The notes: generated by a model from the sequence alone, not told the origin. DNA of 49,130 nt from an uncultured Candidatus Saccharibacteria bacterium (GCA_964592725.1 CAZQFQ010000002.1:1-49130); one strand, 5' to 3'; shown: positions 1 to 9,389, counted from the first letter of the stretch. Numbers and translations: made by a program.

Positions 1-139
1 TGCAAAGCCAAGGACAACCCCGACAAAATATTATAGGGGGAAATTTCCAGGGGGTGCGGCCTGCTCTTTACAAAGCTACTTTGATATAAATTAACCCTGC
101 TTAGCCAAAATTTAAAGGTTGGGCAGAGAAAGGAAAGTT

Positions 140-241
140 ATGAATGATGACACAAAGCCGACAACAGTTACACCGGCACCAACTACATCTGTTGAAACCA
201 AGCCCGCTGATCAAAAACCGGCGACACCGGTTGCGAAATAA
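140..241 (+). CDS. small hypothetical ORF, 33 aa, Thr/Pro/Lys-rich (MNDDTKPTTVTPAPTTSVETKPADQKPATPVAK)
   Basis: ATG 140 preceded by GAAAGGAAAG (SD-like). TAA at 239-241 is followed by a strong hairpin terminator. Below the ORF-track length cutoff. Confidence 0.3.
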   Translation: MNDDTKPTTVTPAPTTSVETKPADQKPATPVAK

Positions 242-243
242 AT

Positions 244-277
244 AAAGAGCCCTTGCTAGAGCAGGGGCTCTTTATTT
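244..277. terminator. bidirectional intrinsic terminator hairpin
   Basis: GAGCCCTTGC-TAGA-GCAGGGGCTC, a 10-bp stem with one G.U, flanked by an A-run upstream and TTTATTT downstream. Lies between the small + ORF and the convergent ArsR gene. Confidence 0.7.
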
Positions 278-328
278 ATATAACATTTTTTCACCGCAAG
301 CCTTTGTAGCTTTGGCTACTAGGGCTTA

Positions 329-640
329 TTATTTAATCAATTTAATTAGAGTTTTTACAATGGGATCTTTTCGCTTCAATTCATAGTAGACTTTTTTCCC
401 TTGTTTTTCTTTTTTTAGCAACCCGTTATCCAGAAGCGTTTTAAGATGCTGGGAGGCTAAAGGTAGAGAAATATTAAGGACTTTAGCCGTATTGCCAACC
501 GATATATGGTCTTCTGTGGCAAACATCCAAAAAATCTTGCATCTGTTAGGTTCACTTAGGGTTTTAAAAACTTTGGTAAGTTCTAAATTTTTGTTAGCGA
601 GTTCTTTTTTAAGTTTAAGTATTTTTTCTTCTGAAAGCAT
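329..640 (-). CDS. ArsR/SmtB-family winged-helix transcriptional regulator
   Basis: 103 aa. LSEPNRCKIF...SVGNTAKVLNISLPLASQHLKTLLDNGLLKKEKQGKKVYYEL matches the ArsR HTH pattern. Confidence 0.85.
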   Translation of the reverse strand: MLSEEKILKLKKELANKNLELTKVFKTLSEPNRCKIFWMFATEDHISVGNTAKVLNISLPLASQHLKTLLDNGLLKKEKQGKKVYYELKRKDPIVKTLIKLIK

Positions 641-807
641 AGGAATAACTGGTTCTTTTCTTAATTTGGATAAACATTAAATAATTAAAAAATCATTTAA
701 CTATTAAATATAATAGTACTCCGCTAAAATAGGCCTGTCAAATCTTCAACCAAATATTAAAAATCCGCATAGAATGAAGGGTTAGAAATGCGTCTTAAAA
801 AACCAGC

Positions 808-813
808 TATAAT
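808..813 (+). promoter_or_regulatory. -10 box (TATAAT) 6 nt upstream of ATG 820, implying a leaderless mRNA
   Basis: gcTATAATataagtATG. No SD is possible in a 6-nt gap, and no good -35 box is present. Confidence 0.35.
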
Positions 814-819
814 ATAAGT

Positions 820-1977
820 ATGCAAAACATACCTTTTCATCTACCCCATATCCTCACAGCCTCTGGCTTTATTTCCTATTGCTCAGATCACGGGGCTATT
901 ATTCATTCTGAGGACTTAGAAGCTTTTCACAAGCAGGGCCTTTTAGTGCCAGTCTTACAGCTTTCAGTCGGAGTAAATAAGTACAGAAAAATTTTAGTTA
1001 ACGTTAAGCATGGGAGCGAAGATAAAAAAGAAGCTTGGCGAAAAGAATGGCAATATATCGCAGCCCAAGACCTTAAAAAATTTAAGTATGAAAAATTTGA
1101 TAAAGCAACTTATTATCATATAAGCAGTCTTGACCGTACCGATCCTAATTGGCTGGATTGGTATAAAAAGCGCAACATGGTTAAATATCCGGCGAAGGAA
1201 AAATTCAAACCCTGGCCCCAGGAACCATTTATTGGCTTTACCACAAAGCCAGACAAAATTAATGACACTATCTTTTTTTACGAAAAGTACCAATTTTTAC
1301 TGCTTAAGGAAATATTCCGACTTCGCGAGGCTTGCGATATCCCAGATAGCAAATACGCTAAACAGCAAGTTAAAAAGATTCTAAAAAACCAGGTCAAGCA
1401 ATTTTATAATTTCATCGGCTTTTATATTGAAGCAGAAAACTACCACCAAAAACTAATTTCGGTAATTTGCAAAGAGCAGCAAGATTTTTTTGCCGACTAT
1501 GGGGAAGTTAACAGAGCGGCAAAAAAGGATTGGCAGCGCCATTTTGATGGGAAATTTCGAGAAATGCTCAAAAGCCAAGTAGAAAATATTTTAAGGAAAT
1601 ACAATATAACCCTTGATGATATAGAGTATTGGCAGTATTGGCTGGCCGGCAAAACCTTGCTTGGCAATCCTGCTTACGCCTCCGCAGTACAGCGGCGCTA
1701 TACCTCAGGATTGGAGGAAAAAATCTTGGTAAAAGCCGAAGAGGCTAACCGCATGATTTTTATATTGAACCAGATTATCTATTTGTTAACTGGAGAAAAG
1801 CATACGGTCAATCAAGTTTTAGGAGACTGGCAAGGAAGTCGCTGCATTATTTGCCACAAATTTTTTGAGCCGACAAAAAAACTGCAATATACTTGCGGCC
1901 AGCCTGATTGCACCCGGAAGCACGAGAATATGATTAAACGCCAAAACCGCAAAACGGGCAAATACAAACCCCGCTGA
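820..1977 (+). CDS. hypothetical protein with C-terminal Cys-rich zinc-ribbon-like tail
   Basis: 385-aa ORF with no recognised family. C-terminus is CIICHKFF...YTCGQPDC plus a basic tail. A hairpin terminator follows. Confidence 0.65.
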   Translation: MQNIPFHLPHILTASGFISYCSDHGAIIHSEDLEAFHKQGLLVPVLQLSVGVNKYRKILVNVKHGSEDKKEAWRKEWQYIAAQDLKKFKYEKFDKATYYHISSLDRTDPNWLDWYKKRNMVKYPAKEKFKPWPQEPFIGFTTKPDKINDTIFFYEKYQFLLLKEIFRLREACDIPDSKYAKQQVKKILKNQVKQFYNFIGFYIEAENYHQKLISVICKEQQDFFADYGEVNRAAKKDWQRHFDGKFREMLKSQVENILRKYNITLDDIEYWQYWLAGKTLLGNPAYASAVQRRYTSGLEEKILVKAEEANRMIFILNQIIYLLTGEKHTVNQVLGDWQGSRCIICHKFFEPTKKLQYTCGQPDCTRKHENMIKRQNRKTGKYKPR

Positions 1978-2026
1978 CAATCCACAGCGGAATAGATGCG
2001 GAATACAAAACCTCCTTGTTTGAAAT

Positions 2027-2056
2027 AGGCTACGCTTATGGTGTAGCTTATTTTTT
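2027..2056 (+). terminator. intrinsic terminator after the 385-aa gene
   Basis: AGGCTAC-9 nt-GTAGCTT stem (one G.U) followed by a T6 run. Confidence 0.55.
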
Positions 2057-2079
2057 AATATATTAACCAAACAAAAAAT

Positions 2080-3378
2080 ATGCAAAAGAAAAACTTTGTC
2101 AAGACCCAGGAACTTAAAATTGTCATGGTCCCAACAGGCGAACTTAAGCCAGCCGACTACAATCCCAGAAGCTGGGACGCATCCGCCATTGAACAACTCA
2201 CACAGAGCATCAAGACCTTTGGTTTGATTGACCCAATTATTTGCAATGGAGCGCCAAACAGAAAAAACGTGGTTATCGGAGGCCACTTCCGTCTTTTCAT
2301 AGCCGGCAAATTGGGCATGACAACTGTACCTGTTTTATATTTGAACCTGCCCAGCCTTGAAAAGGAAAAAGAGCTAAATTTGAGATTAAACCGTAATTTA
2401 GGGAGCTGGGACTTCGAAAAATTAATGCAGGAATTTGATGTTGAGAGTTTACTGGATATCGGCTTTGACGGGCAGGATCTGTCGGCGGCCTGGGACAGTA
2501 TGCTCCAGACCGAGGACGATAATTTTAATGCCGAGGAAGAAATCAAAAAAATTAAGCAACCCAAAACCAAGCCAGGCCAAATGTTTGCCTTGGGCGATTC
2601 GTTTCTACTCTGCGGGGATGCCACAAACGGCAATGACGTCAAAAGATTGGTCGGCAAAAACACAATTGATTTAATCCTCAATGACCCACCTTTTAATTTG
2701 GCTTTAAGCTACGAGAAAGGGTTGGGCGGCCACAAAGATTATGGCGGCACCTTAACCGATGATTCCAAAAGCGAGGAAGATTACAAAAATTTTTTAAAAG
2801 CCTCCTTGAAAAATGCCCTAGCAGTAGCAAAACCAGATTGCCATTGCTTCTACTATATTGATCAAAACAGCATAGGTCTGATGCAGCAGATCTACAAAGA
2901 ATGCGGCCTTATACCAAAAAGGGTTTGCCTGTGGATAAAAGGACCACATAACCCTACGCCCTTGGTCGGTTTTAATAAGTCATATGAGCCTGCCGTGTAC
3001 GGAACGAGAGGACGCCCATATTTATCGCCCACACTTCTTAATCTCAATGAAATCATGAACCGGGAAGTGTCCAGCGGCAACCGGGCCATTGACGACTTGA
3101 TGGACTTGCTGGATTTGTGGCTGGTTCGTAGGCTGCCAGGCAATGAATATATCCATCCGGCAGAAAAACCAGCCAGCCTGCATGACCGGGCTATAAGAAG
3201 ATGCACTAAAGTCGGTGACAATATACTCGACACCTTTGCCGGTAGCGCGTCAACCATGGCTTCGGCACTCCAATTGAAACGAAGAATCTTTTTACTTGAG
3301 CATCAGCCTATTTTTTGCGATTTAATATTAATGAGATATGAGAGGCTCACCAATGAAAAACCTAAACTTATCAGTTAA
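2080..3378 (+). CDS. ParB-like nuclease domain fused to a beta-class N6-adenine/N4-cytosine DNA methyltransferase
   Basis: N-terminus ELKPADYNPRSW...IGGHFRLFIAGKLG is ParB-N-like. Motif IV (LILNDPPFNL) precedes motif I (DTFAGSASTMASA). Confidence 0.85.
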   Translation: MQKKNFVKTQELKIVMVPTGELKPADYNPRSWDASAIEQLTQSIKTFGLIDPIICNGAPNRKNVVIGGHFRLFIAGKLGMTTVPVLYLNLPSLEKEKELNLRLNRNLGSWDFEKLMQEFDVESLLDIGFDGQDLSAAWDSMLQTEDDNFNAEEEIKKIKQPKTKPGQMFALGDSFLLCGDATNGNDVKRLVGKNTIDLILNDPPFNLALSYEKGLGGHKDYGGTLTDDSKSEEDYKNFLKASLKNALAVAKPDCHCFYYIDQNSIGLMQQIYKECGLIPKRVCLWIKGPHNPTPLVGFNKSYEPAVYGTRGRPYLSPTLLNLNEIMNREVSSGNRAIDDLMDLLDLWLVRRLPGNEYIHPAEKPASLHDRAIRRCTKVGDNILDTFAGSASTMASALQLKRRIFLLEHQPIFCDLILMRYERLTNEKPKLIS

Positions 3379-4117
3379 GTTGCACGATCTGTTCCAGGTC
3401 GGCAGCCACCGTGTTATCTGCGACGATGCCCGCGACCCTAAAGCGGTCAAACGCTTGGTCGGCGGCGATAAAATAACCTCGGTAGTCTGTGATCCGCCGT
3501 TCGGGGTAGACGTAAATGCCAGTAAGGCCGGCTTTAAACAAAAATTGTCCATGCCCAAGGATATTTTAAATGATCATTTACAGTCGGACGCGGAGTACCA
3601 AGAGTTCAGTAAAAAATGGCTAGAGGCCGTTATTCCGCATTTGGCCAGGAAAAACTCCATGTATGTATTTAACGCAGATCGGATGGTTTTCGCGCTTCGA
3701 CAGGCCATGATGGAAACGGGCTGTAAAGTTTCGCAAATGCTCATCTGGATAAAATCCCAAGCCGTGGTCGGTCGGCTGGATTATAACCCTCGCCACGAGT
3801 TAATTTTATACGCTTGGTATGGCATCCACCAGTTTTTAAAGAGTAAAGATCAAAGTACCTTGTTTTTTCCGAAACCCTCGAAATCCAAATTACACCCAAC
3901 AATGAAACCGATTCCGCTTATCCGCCATCTGATTTTAAACAGCAGTAAGGTTAACGACGTGATATTTGATAACTTCCTGGGATCAGGGACCGCGCTAATG
4001 GCGGCGGAGCAGACTAAGCGCCGGTGTATGGCTATGGAACTTGACCCTGAGTATTGTAAAACCGCGCTCCAAAGATTTTATAATATCTTTGGCGTTATGC
4101 CTCAAAAAATTAATTAA
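3338..4117 (+). CDS. DNA methyltransferase (beta-class N6A/N4C), second copy
   Basis: Motif IV VVCDPPFGVD and motif I DNFLGSGTALMAAE. Overlaps the upstream methyltransferase by 41 nt, or 26 nt if ATG 3353 is the start. Confidence 0.85.
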   Translation: MRGSPMKNLNLSVKLHDLFQVGSHRVICDDARDPKAVKRLVGGDKITSVVCDPPFGVDVNASKAGFKQKLSMPKDILNDHLQSDAEYQEFSKKWLEAVIPHLARKNSMYVFNADRMVFALRQAMMETGCKVSQMLIWIKSQAVVGRLDYNPRHELILYAWYGIHQFLKSKDQSTLFFPKPSKSKLHPTMKPIPLIRHLILNSSKVNDVIFDNFLGSGTALMAAEQTKRRCMAMELDPEYCKTALQRFYNIFGVMPQKIN

Positions 4118-4130
4118 ACTCCAAACCCAT

Positions 4131-4637
4131 ATGACAAAGGGTAACATCCTGACTGATTCTGACATTCCACCGGCTCTGCCGGAATCGGAATCCAGTCAAA
4201 CTGCCGTTGATATTCGCCAGCAGCAGCAAAAGCAAATGATTATAGACCAGCTACGAAAAATCCCCGTAGTCCAGCTTATGGTAGAAAAAACTGGCATTGG
4301 CCGCACCAGCTACTACCGCTGGCGCAAAGAAGATAAAGAGTTTGCTAAAGCTTGCGATGAAGCCATGGAGCAGGGCTGCACCCTAGTCAATGATTTGGCC
4401 GAGTCCCAGCTCATTTCCGCCATCAAAGATAAAGATTTTCCGGCCATCCGCTTTTGGCTGGTAAACCACCACCCGGCCTATGCCACCAAAGTTCAAATTA
4501 ACGCCAACATTAACAATATCCAAGAACAATTAACCCCCGAACAACAACAAGTTGTCGACGAAGCCTTGCGTTTGCTTTCACTCAGTGAAAGCAACGAAGA
4601 GCCTAAAGGAGAAAATAAAAATGAAACTCACACCTAA
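4131..4637 (+). CDS. putative terminase small subunit / HTH DNA-binding protein
   Basis: The track start 4041 lies inside the methyltransferase gene, and ATG 4131 follows that gene's stop. HTH-like GIGRTSYYRWRKEDKEFAKACDEA. Sits directly upstream of TerL and overlaps it by 17 nt. Confidence 0.5.
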   Translation: MTKGNILTDSDIPPALPESESSQTAVDIRQQQQKQMIIDQLRKIPVVQLMVEKTGIGRTSYYRWRKEDKEFAKACDEAMEQGCTLVNDLAESQLISAIKDKDFPAIRFWLVNHHPAYATKVQINANINNIQEQLTPEQQQVVDEALRLLSLSESNEEPKGENKNETHT

Positions 4638-6195
4638 AATCATAAAACGGATGCATGAAGATCCCGTCATCCGCCGTGCTGTAACCAAGCGCAGCCCCGA
4701 AGCCTTTTTCGGCTTTTATTTGCCTCACTACATGGAGTTCCAGAGCGCACCCTTCCACCAACAGTTATTTAAAATGATTGAGGACGATAGTATAAAGCTC
4801 ATGGTAGTCCAGGGCTTCCGCAACAGCGGTAAGTCCACGATCCTGTCCCAGTGTTTCCCGCTTTGGTCGGCTGTTAGCGGCCGGGCCCAGGAAATCCTGG
4901 TTTTTAGCAAAAACCAGATGTTGTCCCGCCATATCTTAAGGAACATCGGCGACGAGCTCCAGGAAAATGAACTGTTGGTTAATGACTTCCGACCCTTTGA
5001 CTATGAGCGGGACCAATTTGGAGCTTATGCCATTATGTTGCAGCGTTACCATGCAGAAATTTTAGCCGTTAGTCGCGACCAGGCCATCCGCGGTGTCAAG
5101 CGCCGGCAGCATCGGCCCCAGCTTATCATAATCGACGATGTGGACGACACTTCGTCCGTGGCCACCCAGGACAGCCGGGATGCCACCTGGAGCTGGTTTA
5201 CCAGAGACATTGCCCAGCTAGGCAACAGAAACACCCGAATTGTAGTTATTGGTTCGCCCCTGCACGAGGATTCCTTAATTATGCGGCTGGACCGGAAAAT
5301 CAAGGCTGGCGAAATGAAAGGCGTGTCTATTCGTATTCCAATAGTGGACGAGGAAAACAAACCCCTGTGGCCGGCCAAGTTTCCCACGCCGCAGCTTATT
5401 GAAGATGAACGCATGAAGATGGACGAAGTCTCTTGGGCCAGGGAAATGATGTTAAAAATTGTGCCTGAACACGGCCAGTTGATTACCTATGACGATATTG
5501 TTTATTACGACACACAACCGTCCTACAACGGCGAAGAGTATTGCGGCAGCGTCTTGTCCGTGGACTTGGCTTTTAAGGTAAAAGAGTCTTCGGATTACAC
5601 GGCCATGGTCACTGGCGATATTTTTGGCTATGCCGCTGACCGGGTGATTTACATCCAGCCTAACCCATTAAACAAAAGAATGCCGCCTAACGAATCCTTT
5701 GCCGAAGCCAAGGCCAGGGCCACTGATGGCGTGGGCCAACAAAAAAAGATTATTACCGAAGATGTCGGCGGCTTGTACATTTTTATCGACCAACTCAAGC
5801 AAGCCGGGCTACCCGTGGAAGCTTTCCAGATTAAGGGGCAGGACAAGCGCGAGAGGTATTCCTTAATTGTTAACTGGATTAAAACTGGGCGGGTTAGGTT
5901 TCCTAGAAAAGGCTGCGAGCGGCTTATAGAACAAATGGTGGGCTTTGAAATCGAGCGATTTGATGACTTATTGGATGCCGTAGTACAAATGGTCTTGTAC
6001 GTTATGCAAAACAATACTCCTAAACAGGGCGGGTTTGCCTTTATAGATTTAGGACCCACGCCGGATACCGGCGGCCTGTTGCCGCCCGACTATAGTTATA
6101 CCCCTTTAATTGGACGCCGCTCATACGGACGATCCTCAAACTCTGATTTAAACAACCTTTTAAGCGGCGCAGCAAGCAAGTTTCTTAATAGGTAG
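4621..6195 (+). CDS. phage terminase large subunit
   Basis: Start moved to ATG 4621, with AAAGGAG 9 nt upstream. Walker A-like GFRNSGKST and Walker B LIIIDDVDD. The C-terminal half is nuclease-like (SVDLAF...SDYTAMV). Confidence 0.8.
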   Translation: MKLTPKIIKRMHEDPVIRRAVTKRSPEAFFGFYLPHYMEFQSAPFHQQLFKMIEDDSIKLMVVQGFRNSGKSTILSQCFPLWSAVSGRAQEILVFSKNQMLSRHILRNIGDELQENELLVNDFRPFDYERDQFGAYAIMLQRYHAEILAVSRDQAIRGVKRRQHRPQLIIIDDVDDTSSVATQDSRDATWSWFTRDIAQLGNRNTRIVVIGSPLHEDSLIMRLDRKIKAGEMKGVSIRIPIVDEENKPLWPAKFPTPQLIEDERMKMDEVSWAREMMLKIVPEHGQLITYDDIVYYDTQPSYNGEEYCGSVLSVDLAFKVKESSDYTAMVTGDIFGYAADRVIYIQPNPLNKRMPPNESFAEAKARATDGVGQQKKIITEDVGGLYIFIDQLKQAGLPVEAFQIKGQDKRERYSLIVNWIKTGRVRFPRKGCERLIEQMVGFEIERFDDLLDAVVQMVLYVMQNNTPKQGGFAFIDLGPTPDTGGLLPPDYSYTPLIGRRSYGRSSNSDLNNLLSGAASKFLNR

Positions 6196-6272
6196 TGGGT
6201 TGATTTCAATCCTGGACTTCCACTGGCCGTTGCGGTACTGTCTAGCTTGCCTAAAAAGGGCGGAAAGGAGCC

Positions 6273-6301
6273 TTTAATTTAGCATAAATAAGTGGTATAA
6301 T
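6273..6301 (+). promoter_or_regulatory. extended -10 promoter (TTTAAT-17-TGgTATAAT)
   Basis: TGGTATAAT at 6293-6301 with a weak -35 at 6273-6278. Located 185 nt upstream of the next start codon. Confidence 0.45.
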
Positions 6302-6332
6302 TTCTTTAACAACTCAATATGAGTAGCCTAAA

Positions 6333-6455
6333 CCTTAAATAATTTAAGGCATGGTTAAATCCACTGTAATGCAGAGACGGTCACCCGTCTTGTCTTAGCC
6401 ATTACAGTGGTCCCTAATCGAAAGGTTAGGTGGGGCAAGCGGGTGGCCCTTTTTG
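6333..6455 (+). ncRNA. candidate structured leader or small RNA upstream of the DUF4352 gene
   Basis: Hairpins: 6333-6349 (7-bp stem), 6361-6410 (11-bp outer stem CCACTGTAATG/CATTACAGTGG enclosing AGACGG-TCAC-CCGTCT) and 6413-6430 (5 bp). A weak GGGC...GCCC stem plus T5 follows at 6433-6454. Confidence 0.3.
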
Positions 6456-6486
6456 ATAACTAATTCCGCAGAAAGAAAAAGTTTTT

Positions 6487-7125
6487 ATGAAAAAGTGTAA
6501 AGCCTGCCAAAAGGACATTGATCCGAAGGCAAGCAAGTGTCCTTACTGCCAAGCCGACCAGCGAGGCTGGTTTGCTAGGCACAAGGTTCTGACAGGGTTT
6601 TTGGTTCTAGTAGTGTTAATAATTATAATAGTGGCCAGCTCAAGCGGCTCTAAATCCCAAAAGGTCGGGCAGAATGGTAGCACACAAGCAACAACTGCCG
6701 GCCAAAACCAACCGGCAGCACAAGCGACAGTTTACAAGGTCGGCGACCAAATCCAGCTGGGAAATGCCATTATCAGCGTTAACCAAGTCAGCTTCTCCCA
6801 AGGTGGCGAGTTTAGCAAGCCGCAACCGGGAGATGAATGGGTGGATCTAAATATTACTATTCAAAACACCAGTTCCAGCGACCAGTACGTAACTACTTTA
6901 GGCCAGATGTTTATTAGGGACGCTGACGGTAACAGCTATCAAGTCAGTCCTACTGACAAAACCATGACTGATCCGACCCAAGGCCTAGATGGTCAGATCA
7001 TTGCTAACAGCAAGCGTACTGGCTGGGTAGGCTTTGAAGTTAAACAAGGAGCCAAGGGGCTGCAATTTCAGTACAACGCCAGTGTGTTTGGCGGCAACAA
7101 TATCTTAGTGAACTTGGGAAGCTAA
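6487..7125 (+). CDS. zinc-ribbon / single-TM / DUF4352-like domain protein
   Basis: 212 aa. CKACQ...CPYCQ zinc ribbon, a hydrophobic helix, then a beta-rich domain (GDEWVDLNITIQNTSS...RTGWVGFEV). Confidence 0.75.
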   Translation: MKKCKACQKDIDPKASKCPYCQADQRGWFARHKVLTGFLVLVVLIIIIVASSSGSKSQKVGQNGSTQATTAGQNQPAAQATVYKVGDQIQLGNAIISVNQVSFSQGGEFSKPQPGDEWVDLNITIQNTSSSDQYVTTLGQMFIRDADGNSYQVSPTDKTMTDPTQGLDGQIIANSKRTGWVGFEVKQGAKGLQFQYNASVFGGNNILVNLGS

Positions 7126-7134
7126 TTTTTCCAA

Positions 7135-7170
7135 CAAAAAACACGAGGCCAGGAAGCTTCGTGTTTTTTA
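7135..7170. terminator. bidirectional intrinsic terminator between convergent genes
   Basis: A6 run, a 9-bp stem ACACGAGGC/GCTTCGTGT (one G.U) and a T6 run. Confidence 0.75.
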
Positions 7171-7821
7171 GTTCGGGTTTTTGGCGGCTACGGCTTTGAA
7201 TAAGTCATTCATAAGCCTATGTCTTTTTTCTAAAAATTTATCATGCGGCGTGCCAGTATTTTCAGAAAGGAAACTGCCGTACTTGCGATGCCATTCCATG
7301 TTTCCTTTGTCTTTGAGTAGCTTATAGAATTTAAGCTCGCGCTGGAATTCCGGAGAGTTTTCTTCAGTCAAATAAAGATGGAGGCGCGGCAGATTGGTAT
7401 GGGTATCGATGATAACCCGCTTCTTAGTTTTATCTTTGGCTCCGGCGGGTTGGATTTTTCTGGTCCAGTCTTTTTCCACTTGCCAACCCAGAACGTCCTT
7501 AAATAAACGGAAAGAAGTGATTGAAGGAAAGTATTTATCCAAAGCAGATTTATATTTTTTAAAGTCTTTTTTGGAGCAGGTCATATAAATCTGTGGGACA
7601 AACCAATTGCCCAAACCTAAAGCATAGCCATCTATCCAGTGTAATTGAAAATTTTTATCAGGAATAACAGAGTTAATACTATTCATCATTTCTATAACAA
7701 AGTCTTTTACAACAGGCAAAGTATAGGCATAGACAAACCCGTCGATATACCTAAGGGCTTTGGAGCCTTTCACTATCGGTATACGGATCATTGGTACAAA
7801 ATTTTTTCCTTCGTAGCTCAT
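7168..7821 (-). CDS. hypothetical protein (217 aa)
   Basis: Long ORF co-oriented with 7860-8342 and 38 nt downstream of it. No family recognised. Confidence 0.65.
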   Translation of the reverse strand: MSYEGKNFVPMIRIPIVKGSKALRYIDGFVYAYTLPVVKDFVIEMMNSINSVIPDKNFQLHWIDGYALGLGNWFVPQIYMTCSKKDFKKYKSALDKYFPSITSFRLFKDVLGWQVEKDWTRKIQPAGAKDKTKKRVIIDTHTNLPRLHLYLTEENSPEFQRELKFYKLLKDKGNMEWHRKYGSFLSENTGTPHDKFLEKRHRLMNDLFKAVAAKNPN

Positions 7822-7859
7822 ATATTTATGGTACTATTTTTAGGTATTTTTGGCAAAAC

Positions 7860-8342
7860 CTATTTATTGCCAATCTCAAACTTCTGGAGCAATTCTAGAT
7901 ACCCCTTTTGAACAGGAAAAGGCACCCAATTTTCCGATAGAGGGCTAATGTTGCCGGAATTTTCAATGATCAAATGACAGGGCTGGAAGTAAAACCCGGA
8001 TAAAGAAGCAACAAATAACCACGGTGAGTGCCACCTACGGACTAAGTCCTCTGAAATTTGTTTTATTTCAGCATCGTTCAGCTTAGCTCTGTATTTGGTT
8101 TCCAACATAAAAACGTTCCCTTGTTTGGGAGCAATAAGAATAAAATCCGGGGTATGGCGGACATCAGCCAATACCTCTTTGTGTTTATCGAGCAGGTGCT
8201 GGTATTGGGCAAGTTCCGGTGTAATATACTCGTAGCCAAACCGCTGGATGATAAACTCGCCAGACTCTCGGAACATCTGCTCAAAAATAATCTCAGCAAT
8301 TTTCCCTTTAATAAGTTCCTTAGAAAAATCTAAGATTTTCAT
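7860..8342 (-). CDS. hypothetical protein, possible PD-(D/E)XK nuclease fold
   Basis: 160 aa. N-terminal AEIIFEQ, then HTPDFILI ... FMLETKYR, a PD...ExK arrangement. Motif-level evidence only. Confidence 0.45.
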   Translation of the reverse strand: MKILDFSKELIKGKIAEIIFEQMFRESGEFIIQRFGYEYITPELAQYQHLLDKHKEVLADVRHTPDFILIAPKQGNVFMLETKYRAKLNDAEIKQISEDLVRRWHSPWLFVASLSGFYFQPCHLIIENSGNISPLSENWVPFPVQKGYLELLQKFEIGNK

Positions 8343-8368
8343 AGAAATTTTTTTATTTTACTATTAAG

Positions 8369-8590
8369 TTATTCTTCAAACTGAATTTTTCTTAACTGTT
8401 TTTCTTCATCCGCGCTTTGCTTGGCACTTGCGGCGCCCAAATTTAAATCTTTAATAGCTTTTTCAGCAAAGCTCTTCACCCGAGGGTTAGAATCACCCAA
8501 AAATCTCTCTAACTCCTTGGCTCTTTGTTCGTGGGCGCGGGCAATGCCATATTCACCACTAACCACACCAGTCGAAAAAAGTTGAGCTCG
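8369..8590 (-). pseudogene. 3' fragment of an unknown gene, truncated at the IS110 remnant
   Basis: Only about the last 73 codons (...SGEYGIARAHEQRAKELERFLGDSNPRVKSFAEKAIKDL...) lie outside the IS110 frame. The upstream part of the 132-aa track ORF is antisense to the IS110 reading frame. Confidence 0.45.
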
Positions 8591-9389
8591 CAATTGGGAG
8601 GCCGGGCTGGATGTCCGGGTCATCAACCCGCTGATGTCAGCCAAGTACGCCCAGAGCAACATCCGTAAAGTTAAGACCGACAAGGCCGATGCCAGGCTTT
8701 TGGCCAAGATCGCCATAGTGGAATCTGATTTGCCCCATACCTTTGCTTGTAGCCGCCAGGAGGTCAATTACCGCAAGAAAATGAAGCTTTTGGATACTTT
8801 GAGCGACCAGATTACCAGACTACAACTGGCCTTAAAAAATTACCAATCCACCTTAGCACAATTGGGATTGCCCTTAAGCCAAGGCGAGGCCGGACTGCAC
8901 GAAACAATTAAACTTTTAAAAATTCAGAAAAAGCAGCTGCTACAGGAACTGGGACCGAACGCGCCGACTACAAATCCGGAAGAGGCTGAGATGCGGAAGC
9001 GATTGCAAGAAGTTCCCGGCGTATCCGCCCATACCGCCGCTGCGGTCACAATGCTGATGGCAGAGGGACCGGCCACCACCGCCAAGCAATGGATCGCCTA
9101 CACTGGCCTGGATATTTCAATTAAGGAGAGCGGCCAGTGGAAAGGCCGGTGCAAAGTCAGCAAGCGCGGCAACAGCGTCCTCAGGCGGTGGATTTACGGA
9201 GCGGCTTGGGGCGCAGCAATTAACAACGACCAGTTTCGTTCCTACTACGAATATTTAAAAAACAAAGGTCGGCACCATTTTGAATGTCTGATGATTATCG
9301 CCAGAAAATTACTCCGCATAATGTTTAATTTGGTAAAGAACAAGACTAAATTTAATCCGGCGATTCCGCTGATACCGGCGGCAGCATAA
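8586..9389 (+). mobile_element. 5'-truncated IS110-family transposase gene (remnant)
   Basis: The frame is open from 8586. It contains ...VINPL...KTDKADARLLA, then VPGVSAHTAAAV...YTGLDISIKESGQWKG...SKRGNSVLRRWIYGAAW (C-terminal transposase domain). The N-terminal DEDD/RuvC-like portion is absent. Confidence 0.8.

Noticed and set aside
4041-4130. Upstream extension of the TerS-like ORF
   Set aside because: It lies inside the methyltransferase gene in another frame. ATG 4131 follows that gene's stop codon.
8591-8767. N-terminal 59 codons of the 132-aa minus-strand ORF
   Set aside because: This part is antisense to the IS110 transposase frame. Only the 3' part lies outside the IS110 frame and looks like genuine coding sequence of a truncated gene.
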